This document shows positions 61,597 through 64,000 of a stretch of 64,000 bases of DNA, piece by piece. Position numbers and translations under genes: made by a program. Position 1 is the first letter of the stretch, and each line of letters begins with the position of its first letter. The notes below the pieces were generated by a model, which ran no database searches, was not told where the DNA came from, and saw only the letters and a list, made by a program, of their open reading frames with translations. The DNA comes from Candidatus Lactobacillus pullistercoris (GTDB lineage: Bacteria; Bacillota; Bacilli; Lactobacillales; Lactobacillaceae): positions 889 through 64,888 of the forward strand of contig JAHLFT010000007.1 in assembly GCA_018883635.1 (NCBI GenBank), in the 5' to 3' direction.

Positions 61597-63081
61597 ATGA
61601 TTTGGACTTGGGATGTTATTCGACGAATAATTGAATTTTTGTGGTTAATTAATATAGCTTTTGCTATTTGGACCGTTTTTAGAAGTCGCCGCAATATTGC
61701 TTCAACTTGGGCCTGGCTGTTAGTGTTAAGTGTCCTTCCCTACGTGGGCTTTATTTTATATTTATTTTTAGGACGAAAACTAACTCATGATGAAATTTTT
61801 GCCATTAAAAGTGAGCAGGAAGAATTACGAGTTAAATTTTTAAAGAAACAACACGAAGAATTACGCAAACACGATCTTTTACCTAAAAAGGATCGCAAAC
61901 CACGAACGCGACATCTAGTCGAATTAAACTTAAGTAACGATAATGCAATTTTAACTTATAATAACAAAGTTAAAGTCTTTACCGACGGATCTACCTTGTT
62001 TGACGATATAATTAGAAAAATTGATCAAGCTGAAGAGAGAATTGATGTCGAATTCTACACCTTTTTCAATGATCAAATCGGTAATCGCGTTTTAAGGGCA
62101 TTAGAAGCAGCACAAAAGCGTGGAATTCAAGTGCGGGTGATTTATGATGCTAGTGGTTCACGCGGCATTAAGCCTTCTTTTTACGATCATTTACGCGAAC
62201 TTGGTGGTTATGCCCAGCCATTTATTTCTACTTCAAGTAAATATTGGTTCAGAACACCACGTGTCAATTATCACTTACACCGTAAACTTATTATCATTGA
62301 CAATAAACTGGGCTACATCGGTGGTTTCAACATTGGTGATCAATACGTTGATCGCTCTGAGAAATTTGGACACTGGCGTGATACGCATTTACGTGTATCC
62401 GGACAAGCTGCTTCAATGATGGAAATTAGATTTGCCATGGATTGGAATACCTCATGTCGTAAATCACGTTTACCAAAATTTGATTTAGATTGGTTAAAAG
62501 ATTTTGAGGTTAAAAGACAAAATAATAATGATTACGTCCCAATGCAAATCGTTTCTTCGGGTCCTGACTCAGATAATGCAGCAATTCGCCGTTCTTACCA
62601 AGAAATCATTGCAACTGCCAAAAAATATGTTTATATTCAAACACCTTATTTGATTCCTGAAGATCCAATTTTAGAAGCATTAATCATTGCCGCTAAGAGT
62701 GGAGTAGACGTTAGAGTGATGGTTCCTTGCATGGCTGACCACGTTTTCGTTTATCGCGCAACAGAATATTATGCAAAGTATTTAACAGCCAACGGCGTTA
62801 AAGTTTATAAATATGATAATGGTTTTATCCATGCCAAGACCATGGCTTCTGGATCAAATATTTCTTCTGTAGGGTCCGCAAATCAAGATTTTAGAAGTTA
62901 CAGTTTGAACTTTGAAGTCAATAGTTTTAACTACAGCCCCGAATTGGCAGAAAAATTAAAGACAATTTTTGAAAATGATCTAAAGAAATCAACTTTAATG
63001 ACTAATGAGTATTTTGCCAAGCAATCTAGATGGCGTAAGTTTAAGCAGTATTTCTCCCGTCTCTTATCGCCAATCTTGTAA
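61597..63081 (+). CDS. cls: cardiolipin synthase
   Basis: Two N-terminal TM helices and two HKD motifs (HRKLIIID.. and HAKTMASG..). Confidence 0.93.
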   Translation: MIWTWDVIRRIIEFLWLINIAFAIWTVFRSRRNIASTWAWLLVLSVLPYVGFILYLFLGRKLTHDEIFAIKSEQEELRVKFLKKQHEELRKHDLLPKKDRKPRTRHLVELNLSNDNAILTYNNKVKVFTDGSTLFDDIIRKIDQAEERIDVEFYTFFNDQIGNRVLRALEAAQKRGIQVRVIYDASGSRGIKPSFYDHLRELGGYAQPFISTSSKYWFRTPRVNYHLHRKLIIIDNKLGYIGGFNIGDQYVDRSEKFGHWRDTHLRVSGQAASMMEIRFAMDWNTSCRKSRLPKFDLDWLKDFEVKRQNNNDYVPMQIVSSGPDSDNAAIRRSYQEIIATAKKYVYIQTPYLIPEDPILEALIIAAKSGVDVRVMVPCMADHVFVYRATEYYAKYLTANGVKVYKYDNGFIHAKTMASGSNISSVGSANQDFRSYSLNFEVNSFNYSPELAEKLKTIFENDLKKSTLMTNEYFAKQSRWRKFKQYFSRLLSPIL

Positions 63082-63132
63082 TTTTATGTAAAAAATCCAG
63101 CCGATAACTTATATGCATTTTTGGTTTAATTT

Positions 63133-63669
63133 TTAATTTTTCTCAGTACTATTAGTAATCATTTCATAGACATATGAAATCTGGCCCTTACAATACACTC
63201 CATGCAATGTGCCCACACGGGTGAAGTCCATCTTGTCAATCAAATGCTGCATCGCTTTATTATCTTCGTGCGTATCAATGCGAATCGATTTAATTTGCGG
63301 ATGATTCTCATAAATTTGCCGAATCACTTCTTGAAAAAGCTTAGTCGCATAACCATGTCCAGCATGATCAGAGTGAATAGCTAAGCGATGAATCACCACG
63401 TAATCATTCGTTTGAATGAGCCACTTTCCTGTCATTTGATCATATGAATGATCCGGTGCCTTAACAATTGAAATTGCACCAACAGTTTGATTATCCTGCT
63501 AAACTGCAAGAAAAGCTTGGCCTTTCTCAATATCTTCCCTGATTTGATCTAAGGAAGGATAATCACCTTGCCACTGATCAACACCATGTTCTGCTAACTG
63601 GTTTTTTCCGTCTTTTAGAATTTCAATAATTCGATCGAAATCCTTCATCTCTGCTTGCCTCAGTCGCAT
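63133..63669 (-). pseudogene. GNAT-family N-acetyltransferase interrupted by in-frame TAG
   Basis: ORFs 63499-63771 and 63133-63435 share a frame. The 21 codons between them are open, so the only interruption is TAG at 63499-63501. The likely start is MRLRQAEMKDF at 63669. The acetyl-CoA motif region is RLAIHSDHAGHGYATKLF. Confidence 0.75.
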
Positions 63670-64000
63670 ACAATCACCCTTTCTTAATTTATCAATGTTT
63701 TCTATTGTCGTTGTTACTGTCACAGCTGGATGGAAGCCTTGTGATTTTGCTTTATAAGTTCCATTTTTCATAATTATGCTCCTTTAATCTAAGCCGCTTA
63801 CAAATGTATAGTATTGTTCTAACAAAATATAAGCAATAGCTTCAAGAGCATAAGCTGTATACAATTTTTTTAGCCAAAAAAATAAGCAGACAATCCTGCT
63901 TATTTTCATTTATATAAAAATCATTACTTGCCTATCTTTTTTTATGCAAATTCAATTATGAGCCATGATATTTAACTAAGCTATAAATATCGGTGTCAGG

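Noticed and set aside
63790-63805. cre-like sequence TCTAAGCCGCTTACA upstream of the GNAT pseudogene.
   Set aside because: The central CG is offset by one base relative to the 14-nt cre consensus, so the two half-sites are out of register.
1-64000. Search for CRISPR arrays, IS elements or transposases, integrases, prophage blocks, restriction-modification or other defence-island gene sets.
   Set aside because: No regularly spaced direct repeats were found. No transposase, integrase, recombinase or nuclease/helicase-type ORFs of unknown context were found either. Every ORF over 150 aa is assignable to a housekeeping, transport or surface family. The only TA-type modules are small and degenerate.

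Overview
This AT-rich window looks like core chromosome of a Lactobacillus of the acidophilus/helveticus/crispatus group. The assignment is inferred from SlpA-type (SLAP) cell-wall anchors, YSIRK/LPXTG mucus-binding adhesins, a bile salt hydrolase near an enolase, and Met/Gly/His T-box leaders. No database search was possible.

The content is mostly housekeeping:
- The conserved minus-strand cluster rpsU-yqeY-phoH-ybeY-era-recO-glyQS-dnaG-rpoD.
- Other core operons: hisS-aspS, dtd-rel, prmA and metQNI.
- Metabolism: fumC-frd plus tandem ldh genes, and thyA-folA.
- A tRNA-Ser(CGA), bsh, eno and cls.
- Two P-type ATPases, two ABC exporter half-transporters and two GH25 muramidase paralogs.
- Three T-box riboswitches, several cre-like boxes and many clean rho-independent terminators.

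I found no CRISPR array, IS element, integrase, prophage block or recognisable defence island, and I cannot support a claim of a novel multi-gene system.

The most unusual signal is gene decay. At least 8 loci are disrupted by in-frame stops or frameshifts. They are two surface adhesins, an ldh paralog, a yafQ toxin, a P-type ATPase, glpF, a GNAT and a GH25 remnant next to the tRNA. Two of the frameshifts sit at A6 tracts that a single extra A would repair.

Other leads:
- A GACAC (Asp/His overlapping) specifier region in the hisS-aspS T-box.
- An 86-nt identical tract shared by the two muramidase paralogs, suggesting gene conversion.
- A stand-alone 30-codon hydrophobic peptide unit.
- A P3A (plasma-membrane H+-ATPase-like) pump divergent from a LysR regulator.
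- A degenerate MqsA-like locus.

All family assignments come from reading motifs in the supplied translations and should be confirmed by HMM or BLAST searches.
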